From Orbicella franksi (Eukaryota), in assembly GCA_964199315.1 (NCBI GenBank), contig OZ116703.1, forward strand, positions 16,616,001-16,680,000: a stretch of DNA of 64,000 bases, given 5' to 3'. This document shows positions 23,840-36,600 of the stretch, in pieces. The stretch's first letter is position 1. Each line of letters begins with the position of its first letter. The notes beneath the pieces are model-generated. The model was not told the origin of the DNA, ran no database searches, and saw nothing but the letters and a program-made list of their open reading frames with translations. A program made the translations under genes and the position numbers.

Positions 23840-26405
23840 GTTAGCTGACTTCTCAAGAAAAGAAAATAGAGTTCCTCAATGGAATTCAACGTGTGACATA
23901 AATGTCATGAATATTTTGTTATGTTTCTGAAATGTCCCGCTTTCTTACAATCCCAGTATTTAAATACACTTTGTCAAGTACGCATGCTAGTTCACATTTT
24001 CATATACAACAACCTGAAGTCTTTATACAGTCCAGTGCAAGTTTTACAAGTAATCTAGAATCTCGTTCCTCCTGCAAACTCGTCTTTACAGGATATCTAT
24101 TTCTTTTAATTCAGTTTTCGTCATGAAAAATTCATTATTTATTCATTGTTGTTTTATGCTGCGATTTTCACTGAATCGATCCTGTAGTTTATTTGATCCA
24201 ATTATGCCACATTCTTCTTTTTCTGCTCAACTCGTATCTATCTATACAGATGGTATTCTTCTGACATTTGATAACTGCAAGTGATAAATTATCGTATTTC
24301 GTGACTTGGTACTTGTCAATAACTGTCTCGTTAGGGACTGCTAAATACCGATAGATGATAGTACATTGTTAAGATACTAAATCTCTCCACGTTTTGTAAC
24401 CAACCCTCTGCTGTAGTCCTAAAGATTTAGAATTCTTCTTAAAACGTAAACTGCGGAACCAAAACACATTTCTTATATAAAAAAAAAAAAAAAATTAACC
24501 TAGACATAATTGTAACGGATACTTTACCGTCTTTGAGATATTTTCAAGAAGCATTTAAAGATAAACCAGCTTTGTTATTTCGCTTTGGCTTATTTATTAT
24601 TTTTACGACGGCTTTCTCTGCTGATTAGAAAAGGATTTTACTTCATTTGCGTTTCCTCTTCAACATCAAACAAGGCACTCTGTTCTGACAATGAAATGCA
24701 TGCACGCAAATCGAATATACTTGTGGCTTTCCCCTAAATTCATTAAAAAAGATGATAAAAAGCATTGAAAGATATGTGTTGCTAAGAAAGGCGACCTTTC
24801 TTTATTTACAAAAAAAATGATCGCCTTTACTCATCGGTTTGTGTATCTCATAACACCACCATGGCCACAAGAGTTTATCAGAAACCGCAACTTTATTCTT
24901 GCATTCACAGTGAAAAAAGCTCGGGATACAAGCTAATCCTTACAATGGTCCGTCTGTTGGATGACATGGTTTGGCTTACATCCAGATCTGCAGATTAACA
25001 GATTTACAAGTCGCGATTAATGTTTTAATAACGATATTTCTCGAACGAACCTCTGGCGGAATAAAATTAACTTAATCACAATAAACCGATTAAACGTCGA
25101 AAAAAATCGGGGTTGATTTGAAAGCCAAAAAAATCTCAAGGAAGTGAAATCAAAATCAGTTCAAAATATACGAAACCAGGAAATTATTAACAAAGGAAAC
25201 ATCGAGTGGAAATTAGGTTAATCGTGGTTTCATCTACGCCACACCCTGACTTCTGGTATATTGAAGATCTTATCAACAGTTTAAACACCGCAAATGTTTG
25301 TCTTTGTTCATTCCCTCGTTAACGAAGACTAATTTGAAAAACGAAGAAGCCCAAGTATTCAGAGAACGCCAGATTCGCCTGAAGTGATTAGAGATAACGG
25401 CCTTGGCAGCCATATATCAAAATTCTTTGTAGGTTTCAGTGCTTCGTACTCAAAACGACGAACTGTGTTGGACCAATAAACGCCGGCGAAAGAATTAATT
25501 CTTTCATAACATTTTACTGGTACTACCTTTCTTTCAATGGCTGAAGCAATTTATTGCGGCATTCGTGCCAATGTTTGGTTGATTAGATGTTGATATCGAA
25601 AGGCTTAAAAATCAATTGATGGGTCCGCAAAACAGAATAACGAGATTATGTCGTGAGAGTCCCTTTAATCTGAGAGTCAGATTAATTTCCAGAAAGAAAA
25701 AATAAACAGTGCTAAAGTAAATTCCTTTCCACTAGTATATAGCCGATGACAAACCCTTGTTTTCAGTTTTTCATTAAGGGGTAAAAGATGCAACATGGCG
25801 ACAAGGCCCCGTTAGAAGGCATTAGTTACCACGACACTCGTATATGTTTTTTCGAGAATATTGGCTTTGTCGGCTGTGGTATTCTAATTTGAGACCTTAA
25901 TGCCCGTACCCAAAAAACGTATTGCCCCTTAATCGCGGGCAACTTCTGAACCGTCTTGATTAATTAATTTTCAACTTACTTCAATTTTGAGGTCGATGTC
26001 AATCAAAAACAGTGAACGAACAATTCAAAAAAACAAACAAACAAACAAAAAAACCCCATTTATTTCTGTTTGTAAAACAAGAATTCGTCGAGTGTGGTAT
26101 TAGATAGGAAATTTTTAGGGCTTGTGCTTGCTCTGAGTGACTAGCTTTCAAACATTCTGCTGCTTGTCAAGACGCTTTTGACATTAATAACAAGGAACGA
26201 GACACGGTAATTCCGATGTTTTACAAACAGATGAATACTACATGCAGTTTCCTGAGAAAATTGTTTGTTTGGAAAATGACTAGCGATGCTCATCAGCAAT
26301 GTCGTAATTCAGCGAATTTAATTCCCTCCAGAATGATGATCCGTTCACACCACAAAACGTTTAACACGTTATTAAGCAATTACCTCGAGCCAGGTTGACC
26401 TAACA

Positions 26406-27291
26406 GAGGGTCTCAATGGGGCGGTGGCTTTGGCTCGTTTTGGGGTTAACGCCCAGGGGAGTACTCCCAGAAAAATTGGGTGGGGGTGTGCGGCCCGCTT
26501 CCCAAAACCCTTACTCTGTTCATGACCAAAATCTGCGATATTCCCTACCCTATTTATGACCTGACCATAGATTCGAAACTCTATTTATGACCTGACCCTT
26601 AAATCAAAACCCTGTTTCAGACCTACATTATAATTAGTTCCCTAGTCCAGACCAACGTTAAATTACCGTAAACATAATTTGTGAAGGGCTTTTGTTGATT
26701 TTCTCTTTTCTCTTGATTTTTTTCTTTTTGTTGATTTTGTGTTCGATTATGATGAAAAAGTGGCTTCTCCTTAAAAACATACCCATATCAAGGCTAGAGT
26801 GCAAAAACTATACCCTATTTATGACCATAATGGCCAAAATCAGCTAAATTCGATACCCTATTTATGACCAAAACGGCTGAAAAATCATACTCTTTGGGGC
26901 CGCACATACCTATATAGCCCATATAAGGGAGTACCCCCCGCGGGGGTTAACGGTTAACATTTGGGCTTTTTTACGGCTAATGGTTAATCTGTTTTCCAAA
27001 CGGTTAACAGGCTTAGAATTTGAATTACCACTGCTTCAAAAATTTAAAAATTAATTTTCATCATCTACTGTGGTCTTATGACCATTCCGGAAAGGAAAAT
27101 GAAGAATTAGAATTATTACAAGATAAGAAACAAAAAGAGTATTGACAACAGATCTTGAGACTTGCACTTTCGTGGCTAAATTTTTAAGGCTAACATTAAC
27201 ACGGCTAATGGTTAAAATTTTCCAGTTTTTACGCCTAACGGCTGATTTTTGGCTCCCTTTACTGCTAACGGCTAATCCCATTGAGACCCTC
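26406..27291. mobile_element. MITE with perfect 15-bp TIRs, interrupted by a younger element
   Basis: GAGGGTCTCAATGGG (26406-26420) and CCCATTGAGACCCTC (27277-27291). Flanks ctaaca/ctaaaa may be a decayed TSD. Internal (g/c)taacggytaa repeats. Confidence 0.8.
26452..26944. mobile_element. Non-autonomous DNA transposon (493 bp) nested in the MITE above
   Basis: Imperfect TIRs cccaggggagtactccc...gggagtaccccccgcggg. Perfect 8-bp TSD GGTTAACG (26444-26451, 26945-26952). Four subterminal (CC)CTATTTATGACC motifs. Superfamily unassigned. Confidence 0.85.
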
Positions 27292-27315
27292 CTAAAATTG
27301 CTTCGCGTCTCAACG

Positions 27316-27410
27316 TAGACTGCTGGCAGCCGGTCTTTTCTCTAGGCTAAAGCGTCTCGCCTCATAATTTCTGCTGAATTTTGAGAGAAAAAAAGACTGC
27401 CAACAGTTTA
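27316..27410. mobile_element. Short degenerate MITE (TAGACTG...CAGTYTA termini)
   Basis: Left tagactgctggcagccggtctttt versus right aaaagactgccaacagttta. Confidence 0.5.
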
Positions 27411-27457
27411 GTTTCAACTTTTTGCTTCTCATGTGAAATCACAAACTGCAGTATGTT

Positions 27458-27518
27458 ATATCATTATATGGCTAGTTCCGTGTCCGTGAGCTGGCAAGAT
27501 GAATCAAATCCTGCTCTA

Positions 27519-27549
<31 letters not shown>

Positions 27550-27720
27550 TATCTTGCCCGCTCGGGACTACCCGCCGTGTCCCGCAAGAAAAATTTCCCC
27601 ATAAGCCCTGTAATAAATCCTTTACTGACCAAGCTTGTTCGGTCAAGATGCCTTGATATTGACCTCGTTCTTTTTTTGCAAGTTTATGGTCAATAACCCA
27701 TATATCTAATAAAACATTTA
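27458..27720. mobile_element. Interspersed non-autonomous element with a perfect 16-bp internal palindrome
   Basis: CCCGAGCGGGCAAGAT (27529-27544), a 6-nt loop, then ATCTTGCCCGCTCGGG (27551-27566). Outer limits are approximate. Confidence 0.55.
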
Positions 27721-27858
27721 TTAGCATTCCAGTTTTCTACCATTAACTGATGAAAAAAACTAATGTTAAATTTGTCTGGATAGGCTAGCGAACATTTTTG
27801 GGTAGTTCCCCCACTTCGGCCTCCGTAAGATACTTGTCCGGTACTTGTTTGGTCTCCC

Positions 27859-28162
27859 TGTGGAGGCGCGGTGGCCTCATCATGCTCATACTTAGTGTGC
27901 TCGACTACGGATCGTGCGTCCCCTTTCGAGTCCTGGCCGGAGACTTTGTGTTGTGTTCTTTACTTTGCCCTCGCAGTGACTCCCCCCACCAAGGTATATT
28001 TTTGAGTAATCATGGCGAATTTAATTCTGGGGGTAACCCTACGATAGACTTGCATCCCATCCAGGGGGTGTGTGGAAATACTCCTAGTCGCTTCATGCTA
28101 CAGAAACCCGGAGAAGCTCCGGCCTTTTGGGCCAATTAGCTCGTATGCAAACCTTTTTTTAC
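27859..28162 (+). mobile_element. tRNA-derived SINE (decayed)
   Basis: A-box-like ggtggcctcat...ttag with a small insertion and B-box-like ttcgagtcc at 27925-27933, followed by a ~220-nt body and a T-rich tail. No cloverleaf 3' half. Confidence 0.7.
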
Positions 28163-29086
28163 TTGATCTCCCTAGGGTTCCACACGCACGACCTTGGTGA
28201 CGGTATGAAGATGAAAAAGGATAGCCACTTTAATTGGTTTACTGATAAGCTCTGCGGCTTTTTCTACTCCACGATTTTTTTTTAGCTGGAAGGTAGCCAC
28301 ACAAAGTCGCTGACGATACGGGCATGATAGATAAACCCATGTGTTTAACGTAAAATGTCCGCAATAAGCGCTCCTCCCACTTATAAGCACCCTGGCTTTT
28401 TTACAAGCTGTCTCTTATCACAATCTAAAAGTTGCTTTCTTGTCAATTCATAAAAAAACGTTTTTTTCTAATACCGCTTCGAAGCCCCTCCCATCAGTGA
28501 TAAGCAAACCCCCAAAATACTACGATGAGATCATAAAGCCCAGGGCTTATAACCAGTATAATACTGCATACGGCTCTCCTAGGCTAGATTAAACGTTTAA
28601 CCATGACAGATGAGACTTCTTTTAATTTTAAATAGTTAACGAGGAACATCCCTGGGAGTCCAGAACTTCTGAACTGCCGCATATTCTTGGCTAGTCGTCT
28701 TAACTGGAAGTTTTCCATATCAGTCGCCACGATCGGCACAGAATAGTAATGCAATAAAGAAAATACCCGATAAGGCGTGTAGACTAGGACTGAAAAAATA
28801 AAAACAACCACGCAGAGTATTCTGGAAAATTTACCATATAAACGATCGCTGGAACAATCTACGGAGAAGGGTTTCCATTTGACCTCAGCGATCGCTACGA
28901 TTGACGAGATAGATCTGAAATCTTTCTCAGCGGCTACAACAACTTTAAAATGTTTAAGCAAGCAACCGGAACGATGATTCTGCTGGTATACGTTGGATCA
29001 ATAATCAATGATCTAATCGGCTTTAATTATAAAATGAAGGATACAAAAGCAGAAACAGACACAACGTAGAATGATTTTTTGAAGGT

Positions 29087-29127
29087 GTACCATATTTCGG
29101 CTGGCCAAACCAGCCCTCTTCAGGTAC
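29087..29127 (-). ncRNA. Degenerate minimal type-I hammerhead ribozyme motif (Penelope-like element type)
   Basis: Minus strand GUAC-CUGAAGA-G-GGCUGG-UUUGG-CCAGCC-GAAA-UAU-G-GUAC. Core CUGANGA/GAAA, 6-bp stem II, 4-bp stem I and palindromic AUAU in place of stem III. G at position 17 predicts no cleavage. Confidence 0.5.
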
Positions 29128-31109
29128 TATGAGAATTTTACGTTGGGATGCGTTTTTATGTAACATATTTTCGTAAAACAGGAAATACGTAAAACTAATT
29201 GACAGTGTAAATTAAAGATAAGCATACGGTAAAATAAAATAATGAAATAACATAACAAAAGGAAACAAATAATATGTTTCTTCGCGGATGTTTGATCACT
29301 GATCTCATCTCTCAGAAATCCTAGCGATCGCAGCGGCAAGGGCGAGGAACGATTCTTCCAGCCGATCCAAACCTACGCCGAGCCATGCCTAAATCAAATG
29401 GTCTTAAAATCTATCTGTTTGGGAGTATCAACCAAAACATACATCAGCGAAAATTACACTGTTTCAGCAGTCGGTCAATGCAGTGACATCCCATAAGTAT
29501 TGGCTCTTGTGCTATCTTTTTATGTCACAATGTTCTATCAACCAGCGTGTGTGTGTCAAATATTTCCCGCTATTTGTTAAAAAGAATCACGTGACCTTTG
29601 CCACCCTACGTTGAATTTCGCCATGTAGGCTAATGCTGCGTCTGGTTTTCAATTTTCTTCGGCAAAACTTTCGTAAAAAATAATTAATTTTTTTGTTTAT
29701 TGTCTTCGAAATGGATGAATTATGGACTAAGGAAGTTAAAGTAATGTGTTACTCGACGGTTGCCATATTAGACAACAGTTTAGAAGGTAAGCAACACGAT
29801 AGAATATGTATAAAATGTCCGTAGGGTATGCACGAGGTGAAATAACAAACAAAGCGTATAGCGCCAATCCAACAAAGGCGAATGATAAATTGTATTAAAT
29901 CCTGTAGTTTTCTGGATGGTGTTGACGTTTCAATTAGAACTACAAGAAATGATGGAATAAAGCCTGTGATACCACAAGTCAGCGAGACGTAGTTTCTTCC
30001 GAAAAATTCTTCGCATAAGCACCTGCAAAGTTGTCCGTACGTTCTGGAAAATTGCGACAAACTCGAAAAAAGGTTTCCGAGAAGTTCCGAAGTAGTGGCG
30101 TTGCTAGCTGAAAGGTTTATGCCTGGTGCAAGTCAGACGAAACAATTGGTTTACTTGTTTGAATTAAGTGGCTGTCAGGCTACGTGTTTATATTCAGAAT
30201 CGATCGATTTCTCTGAAGTCTAAAAGGACAAGACCCAAATGTAAACTTCACTGGAGTGCTAGGCTGAGAATGAACCATTTTGTGTCGGATTCTCTGGCTG
30301 CTTTTTTTCTTCATTCAGTTCAGTCGCTTTGTTGTGCATTTACAAGCCTCTTCGATTTCGTATCAAACTTTATGTAATTGAGTTAATTGTGACATTTTGT
30401 GGCTTTTTGTGGTTTTCCGAGATGGCATTGCCTATCATTTCTTATACTTTCGCCGCAGAATATCTAAATCTAAAACTTAATCCGCTGTCATTTTCAGCCA
30501 TTTGCCATCTTTTTCTGACATAACTTTCCATTACAGCCGAAATATTATAAACTAAACGATATTTGCCGCACAGTATCGGGTTTAATGGCTGGTAACCGAG
30601 ATTCTGTAAAGTAATTAGAGAGCTAGAGGAGCATTATCCGAGGTTTAGAGTTAAGTTTACTCGCACTACAAGGGTTCAATCATACCAGTCGAATATGTTT
30701 TTGTGAAGTATACTAGACTTAAATTACAGTGCTAATTCACAAAAACACAACCATTAAGTGGCATCGTTATTCATGTAATAATTAGCCTCTTGCAGGCGTT
30801 CAGTTAGTTGGAGCGCGAAGAAGCGCTGAACGTCTGGAAGTGGCTTCTTGTAATAATATGTTCTACCGAAACATAGTGGATGAGATTTCAAAGTCTCGCT
30901 ATCAAGACTCCCTCAACTCTGAGCCAAATTTGAGCCTCAAATTTCCATGAGAACTTTCGGGCACCTATAGAAACTTTTAATCTGTTCGGTCATTCTAGGG
31001 GGACTTGGGTCTTCTCGAATTTGATTTATTAGGGTTCTTCAAGTTATCCATTTCCCGAAAACCTTAGGTCTTATTTCCTTTCCGAAAATCATTGCCGACG
31101 TTTGCTCGG

Positions 31110-31217
31110 TAACCTGCGATCAGGCATTCTTTTTTGTTTTCTTGGCGAACGGGGGAAGAGGAAAACAGAACTTTTCCTTCCCCCTGCCGTTAAAAGAGAA
31201 CGCCTGATCGCAGATTA
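31110..31217. mobile_element. TA-bounded fold-back MITE
   Basis: aacctgcgatcaggcattct versus agaacgcctgatcgcagatt (18/20 inverted). Second inner arm gggggaagaggaaaa/ttttccttccccc. Confidence 0.7.
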
Positions 31218-31380
31218 TTTTCTCAATACCCAAAATGACATTTCAATCCGACGTCAACAGCAAGTATTAAATTTCTAATATCACGAAAGTTCGAGGTGGC
31301 AATTTTCTTAAGAAAATCGGAGGAGATTAAAGACCTCCTAGGATCCGTTTGGTCATGAGGATGCCACAAAGTGGACTGGG

Positions 31381-31428
31381 CAACCTCGTTCCCAGGGCCT
31401 TCTCCCAGACTTGGGGGAACAAAGTTGG
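31381..31428. mobile_element. Ultra-short (~48 bp) Mutator-type MITE
   Basis: TIRs caacctcgttccc/gggaacaaagttg with flanking direct repeat GGACTGGG (31373-31380, 31430-31437). Same terminal motif as the 63086-63291 element. Confidence 0.6.
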
Positions 31429-31691
31429 GGGACTGGGTTTACGCGTTTTTTTGACAGGCAGATTGCTTGGCCGCGATGCAAGCTAATGGCGGTCATTCTT
31501 CCCGGTTTTTTGTCATTTGCCATTTTGCTTTCACAAGATTGTAGATACCTCACGGTTGATTCAACTTCTGCATACAAATCTCGACTGTGAAGCTTCAGAG
31601 AGAAGAGTGCAGTCAAATGCGCTATACGTTCGAGCTTTTTGTGATTTGCAGACCGAAAAAGAACAAACGAGAAACACTAAGTTATTTCTGA

Positions 31692-31719
31692 CCTAATAAT
31701 ATACATGAAAAAATTACTC

Positions 31720-31752
<33 letters not shown>

Positions 31753-32060
31753 TTTAACAACAGTGCAAAAAGTATAACACCAGTGCAAAAAGTGTAACAC
31801 CAGAACAAATTTCACATCCTAATTCTGGATTATGATTGGCTGAAAGACAATAGGAAATTTTCTAAGCCAATGATATCACGTAAAATGATGACGAAAATTT
31901 TGAAAAAAGTTTTCTCGAATGAGAAAAAATGGCTTCAAGAAAGATCTTCTGGCACTTCCTCCACGAAGCGGCTCGTGCAATTTCAGCTTTTTGAAAAACG
32001 CACTCGAGCGAATTAATTCCAAATTGAACGAGAAAAACCGTATGATTACCTTTACTAATA
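31692..32060. repeat. Interspersed repeat with an internal 20-bp tandem
   Basis: Contains cagtgcaaaaagtrtaacac x2 and two gattggctga blocks. It resembles an anthozoan interspersed repeat from memory, not verified. Confidence 0.5.
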
Positions 32061-33380
32061 GCGCACCGAACGTTTCGAATTTCACCCTTCTGCTATGATT
32101 GTATTGCTGAAAGCTAAATATTGTTGTAATTCAAAAACGTTAAGAGACATTAAATGGATCAAATGTGGCCAAATAGAATGTCCAAAAACGCAAGATATAA
32201 GTTGTAAAATTTTCTCGCAGTCTTAAAGTAAAGGTTGTCCTCGCTTCCCCTACTTTGAAGAAAGGAAGAAGGAACCAAGAGTTAGCAACTGTTTGCCACC
32301 TGAACTGCGCGCCCCTCGTAACATCTCGAGCAGGGAGGAAGTAGGTACATTTAAGCTCTCTGATCTCGCGAGTACTTCGCGTATAAATTCCCGCTTGAGT
32401 TCTCGACACCGATCATTTCAAAGTGATTACCAGTGACGAGCCTGCGAGGACGGGCGAAGGGAGGTAAGGTTAAAACGACTCTTTCTTGCTCTAAAAAGGA
32501 ATGGGTGCGAAGTGAAGGTGACCCCTTTAATTCTTGCTCCAATAAGACATTTTTGTTTTCAGGGTGAGGTAGTGGGGCGGGGGGAAGAGAGACTTTCTCA
32601 GATTTGTGAGCGAGTGCGATAAGTGTGCGTTTCATGTCCCTGGAGGCGTCTCACTAAGCAATATGTTCCCAGAGACTAAAAAGACTAAGGGATCAGCATA
32701 ATTACAAAAAGATTTCGTGTTACATTAATGTTCATTAGCCCTTGTGGACACACCCGACAGCTGATAACCAAGCCACAGACCTTGACAGTTGTGTTGTTAA
32801 TGGCGGTTTAGGCTTTTAAACGGCAAATTCGGAGGGCCTCATTTGTCTTCATGACAGCATTGTCCTGCATTTATCACCAAACAATTGCATTGAGGGTAGT
32901 TCATGTAAAGAGTATTTTCCTGAGCCGTGATTTGACACACAAATCACTTTGGCGTGAGCTATGATTTACAATGTTTATTGAGAACATTTCAAGTTATCCC
33001 TGAAGTGGGTATTAATTGTTTAGTTTGGTGCGAGCTTTTGTTTTGTGACCGTCTCGCGCAATTATGTGAATGATCATAAATTCGAGTTGAAGTGGGAAAT
33101 AGTCTGTTTGAAATGCAAAACTGACCTGTACTACAGTAACAGACTAAGACAGATATAATGGCAAATCTTTCAGTAAGGGGATAAAGAATTCTGCTAGAGA
33201 GCTATTACTTACAATTTCAACTGAGTTCCTATAGGTGCACTGACTTTGGACTTAGTATTTCATGCGTCGTGTGCATGGCTCAAGGCAATACTTGACTATG
33301 TGAAATGATTGTTTTATTTTCTGTGAAACGGGGTCTACCCCACCCCTTCTTTTTTCGCCCTTTCCGGTGTTTCGGTGTTC

Positions 33381-33665
33381 GGGGAGCAGGGATGACGCAG
33401 TGATGAGAGTGCTCTCTTCCTACCGACGTGTCCCACGAGTGAGTTCGACTCCCGGACCCGGCGTCATATGTGGGTTGAGTTTGTTGTTGGTTCTCTACTG
33501 TGTTACTCCGGTTTTCCCCTCTCCTCAAAAACCAACATTTCCAAATTCCAATTCGATCCCGGAATGCACGGGTATTTCTCAACGAGTTCTTGTCATCTCC
33601 TTGGTGCTCTGTGGGTAAACAAATTACATATTTACAATATTTTATTTTTTTTTTACCTTCACATT
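33381..33665 (+). mobile_element. tRNA-derived SINE
   Basis: A box tgacgcagtgatg (about 33393), B box gagttcgactcc (33441-33452), body of about 180 nt and a (TTACA)-like tail. Confidence 0.8.
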
Positions 33666-36600
33666 TCTCCATATTAGAGTAACCCAAATGTTACCTGAAA
33701 CGATTTTATCGTTGACGAGAATTCAGGTCGAATGACTTTAGTTCTGATATTGACAAAGTAAAAGTACTGTACTGTTACTTGCTGAGTGTCTGAATGACAT
33801 TAATGAGTGCACTACATCATCACACGTTAATGGCTCAATATATCTTTGTAAATACATTGTCCAGCTGATATACTCCGCAGACAAGTTTCTTACAAATTTT
33901 AATCATAATGAGCGTTTTTGTTAAATTGTCTGTCTATTCGTGCTTCATTTAACACTGTCTTTCACGTTGTGTTTTGTCCTTTCCTTCAGTCAGCTAACTT
34001 TTTGGAAACTTTTTAAACAAGAATAACGTTTTCAGATTAAATGCACCGACAGGATTTTACTAAGAACGATTCATGAATCAAAATTTTAACAACCTTCCTG
34101 AGACTTTTTCAGTAAGATTCATCTTTGCGGCGAAACAGAATTTTAAATTCTTCTATACTTTACATTTGACCGTGGCCCTTTTTGCTTATGTACATAGTGG
34201 ACAGCTGGTTAATGTGAACGGTATAGTGTTAATGAGTAGCATATTACAATAAAAGCTTATGCCATGCTTCAACGTGACACCGAGCACGTTCTCTGAGTTA
34301 TTCATAAGGTTAAGCTTCACTTGTTGATTATTATCAGCAGTATCTATCATATGTTATTCTGTACTTCCTTTTTTATCTGAATCCTTTGTCGTCGGGATGT
34401 CTGACATTTGGGAACAACTCATCAAGCGGCAGCTGCCCATTCTTCTGTTTTAAGTTTTACTTTGCTTTTGTAAAATTGCAAAATAATCGTCTACTTTATT
34501 TTCCTTATTTTTTTTTCTTATGCCAGGCTCAGGCCATGAAAAACACTTGGCAAGTTTCGGCAGGGTGCTGGAGTGTTTTATTTCAGAAAACTGGGACAAT
34601 ATCGATACTTTTGAAGTCAAGATAGACTGTAGATAGGTGCAAAGTTTGTTTTTTTCCAGACTAGTCAAATAGCCGGCACGTGCGAGAATAATAACGCCAC
34701 TTCTCCTCCATAAAAGGCGTATGTCTCTTATCAAAAATTCTGCCCTCTTACTAATGAACCGTGCAGCTGAAATAATGCAGAGAAAACAATTATCCTAAAA
34801 ATAGCAAACTCCCAAATAACCATGACAACGGGCTTAATTCAAGGTTATACAACTCCAACCCAAATGTCAATGTTCTATTCTTCACTTTGATCTCTTTTTG
34901 AAAAGTTTAGTTTTAGAATGGAGTCTCTTGTTTCTCTTTTACATGCATTCCTTTTGGTGCACTAGTAAACCAATTCCGTTGAAACCGACCAGCTGCGAGA
35001 AGATTTCTTTTTGTTTCACTGTAATAAAGATTCAGGCCGAAGTGCTACCAACTTCAATAACAGCGTCTTTAGGCAAATTCTAGATCGGCATTGTTGACAC
35101 TGAATAAAGGGATGTTTTAGAATTATTTATTAGTTAACAAGGCCATTAAGATGTAGAAAGATTAAGTTCGTGAAGAAATATAAACACGTGGTCTCCAAAG
35201 GAAAGGTGGAGTAAACATTATTACTAGAATTCAAGGTGAATTTTCAACAAAAGCAACCGATTATAAGTTGCAACTGGATACTTCTATTAAACACGAGTTG
35301 GCGTAGCAGTGGCCAAAGAAATGAGTAGTCTGATATTGTGTGTTAGCATGCAGATATCATTTTTAAATGACTAGTTAAGAGCGCTGACAATTGTTGAACA
35401 AACACCCGACTCGTTGTAAAGTGCAAACCCATCGATGGACGTTCAGTTTTCAAGCACTATGTTGATTCTTTTTTAGGCGGGTTTGATTTATACTACTGCT
35501 TTATTCTACGTAAAATCGAATGCAAGCTTGTATAGTATCTTCCAAAAACAGTTCCGTATAACTCAGTATCTAAAGCATTAGTTTAAAGAATTAATTTTGC
35601 TCGTTGAAGAGCTGAAATGAATTTGAAAACGTGACGTATTAGTCACAACTTAAGCTGTTTGCACTTAACACAAGCGCTTAACTTAGACAAATAGCCTGGA
35701 GTGAGGTGTTTAGGACAAGTTTGGCATGGGGGATCATACAGGCAAGTAAAGCCATCAGTTTAAGTTGTTACGTTTAGATTTTCCAAACAGCACCCTCGAC
35801 CACTTCCAAGGACAAGCCTTGATTACTGCTTTCAATGTAAAAATCCATGTCGTGTCAGCAGCTAAAACCTTAAGTGCAAGCAACTTTTAAATTATTTGCT
35901 TTTACTTTGTGACTGTTTGATTTGCTTTCAGCGGTAAGGGTTTTGTAAATACCTCTAATTCGTGTTTAGCTTTAGCATAAGCCTTTTTTTTTTTAAAAAC
36001 ATTTTATATTTTTCATTTTGTCAGTTCTAAAGTGATACATTCACGAATTGTTTACCTGAATGCGTACAAAGCGTGCGCTTGTCAATCTTGACGAAATTCT
36101 CCCATTTGAGAAATAAGCGTTATCGTTTCAGTCTCAAAATCGCGTGTTTTAATTGAAACGATTCAGAAGAGAACTGCTAGCTTTTCTTTACTCCAGCCAT
36201 ACCACGATAAGACTTCAAGTACAAACTGTATGTTATTAATGACTCATTAGTCTTATTCAAACACGGAGCAGTTGATTAAAAATAGGGAACTGGCCCTCTT
36301 GTTTAGCATAGTAAAGACCATTTCAGGTATTTAAACAGGTTTATAATAACCAGACAGTGGACTATTGAGCTGTCAATCAAAACGCTCCTGGAGGGTTTTC
36401 AGAGAACATTACTGATGAATACTGTCGACGTACAATTTTCTATCTGAGTGTCGTCAGTAATTGAAGCCCTGAAGGTTTAAACTTAATACAAAGGTTTTGT
36501 GAAGGTTATACTTAGCGCTGAAATTTACATGAGCGTTCGGCTATTCAACTTAATCAATCAAGTTTGTATAGATGTATCTTTTAGTTGAATACGTCGTTTT

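Noticed and set aside
28346-28570. Possible Tc1/pogo-type MITE (ataagc...gggcttat motifs)
   Set aside because: The termini are too degenerate to define TIRs or a TA TSD.
28584-28961. 125-aa minus-strand ORF (likewise 2519-2944, 13549-13875, 57956-58303)
   Set aside because: Non-ATG or weak starts, no recognisable domain or splice support, and lengths compatible with chance.
27859-33665. tRNA genes at 27859 and 33381
   Set aside because: A/B boxes are present but there is no complete cloverleaf, and both continue into SINE bodies and tails.
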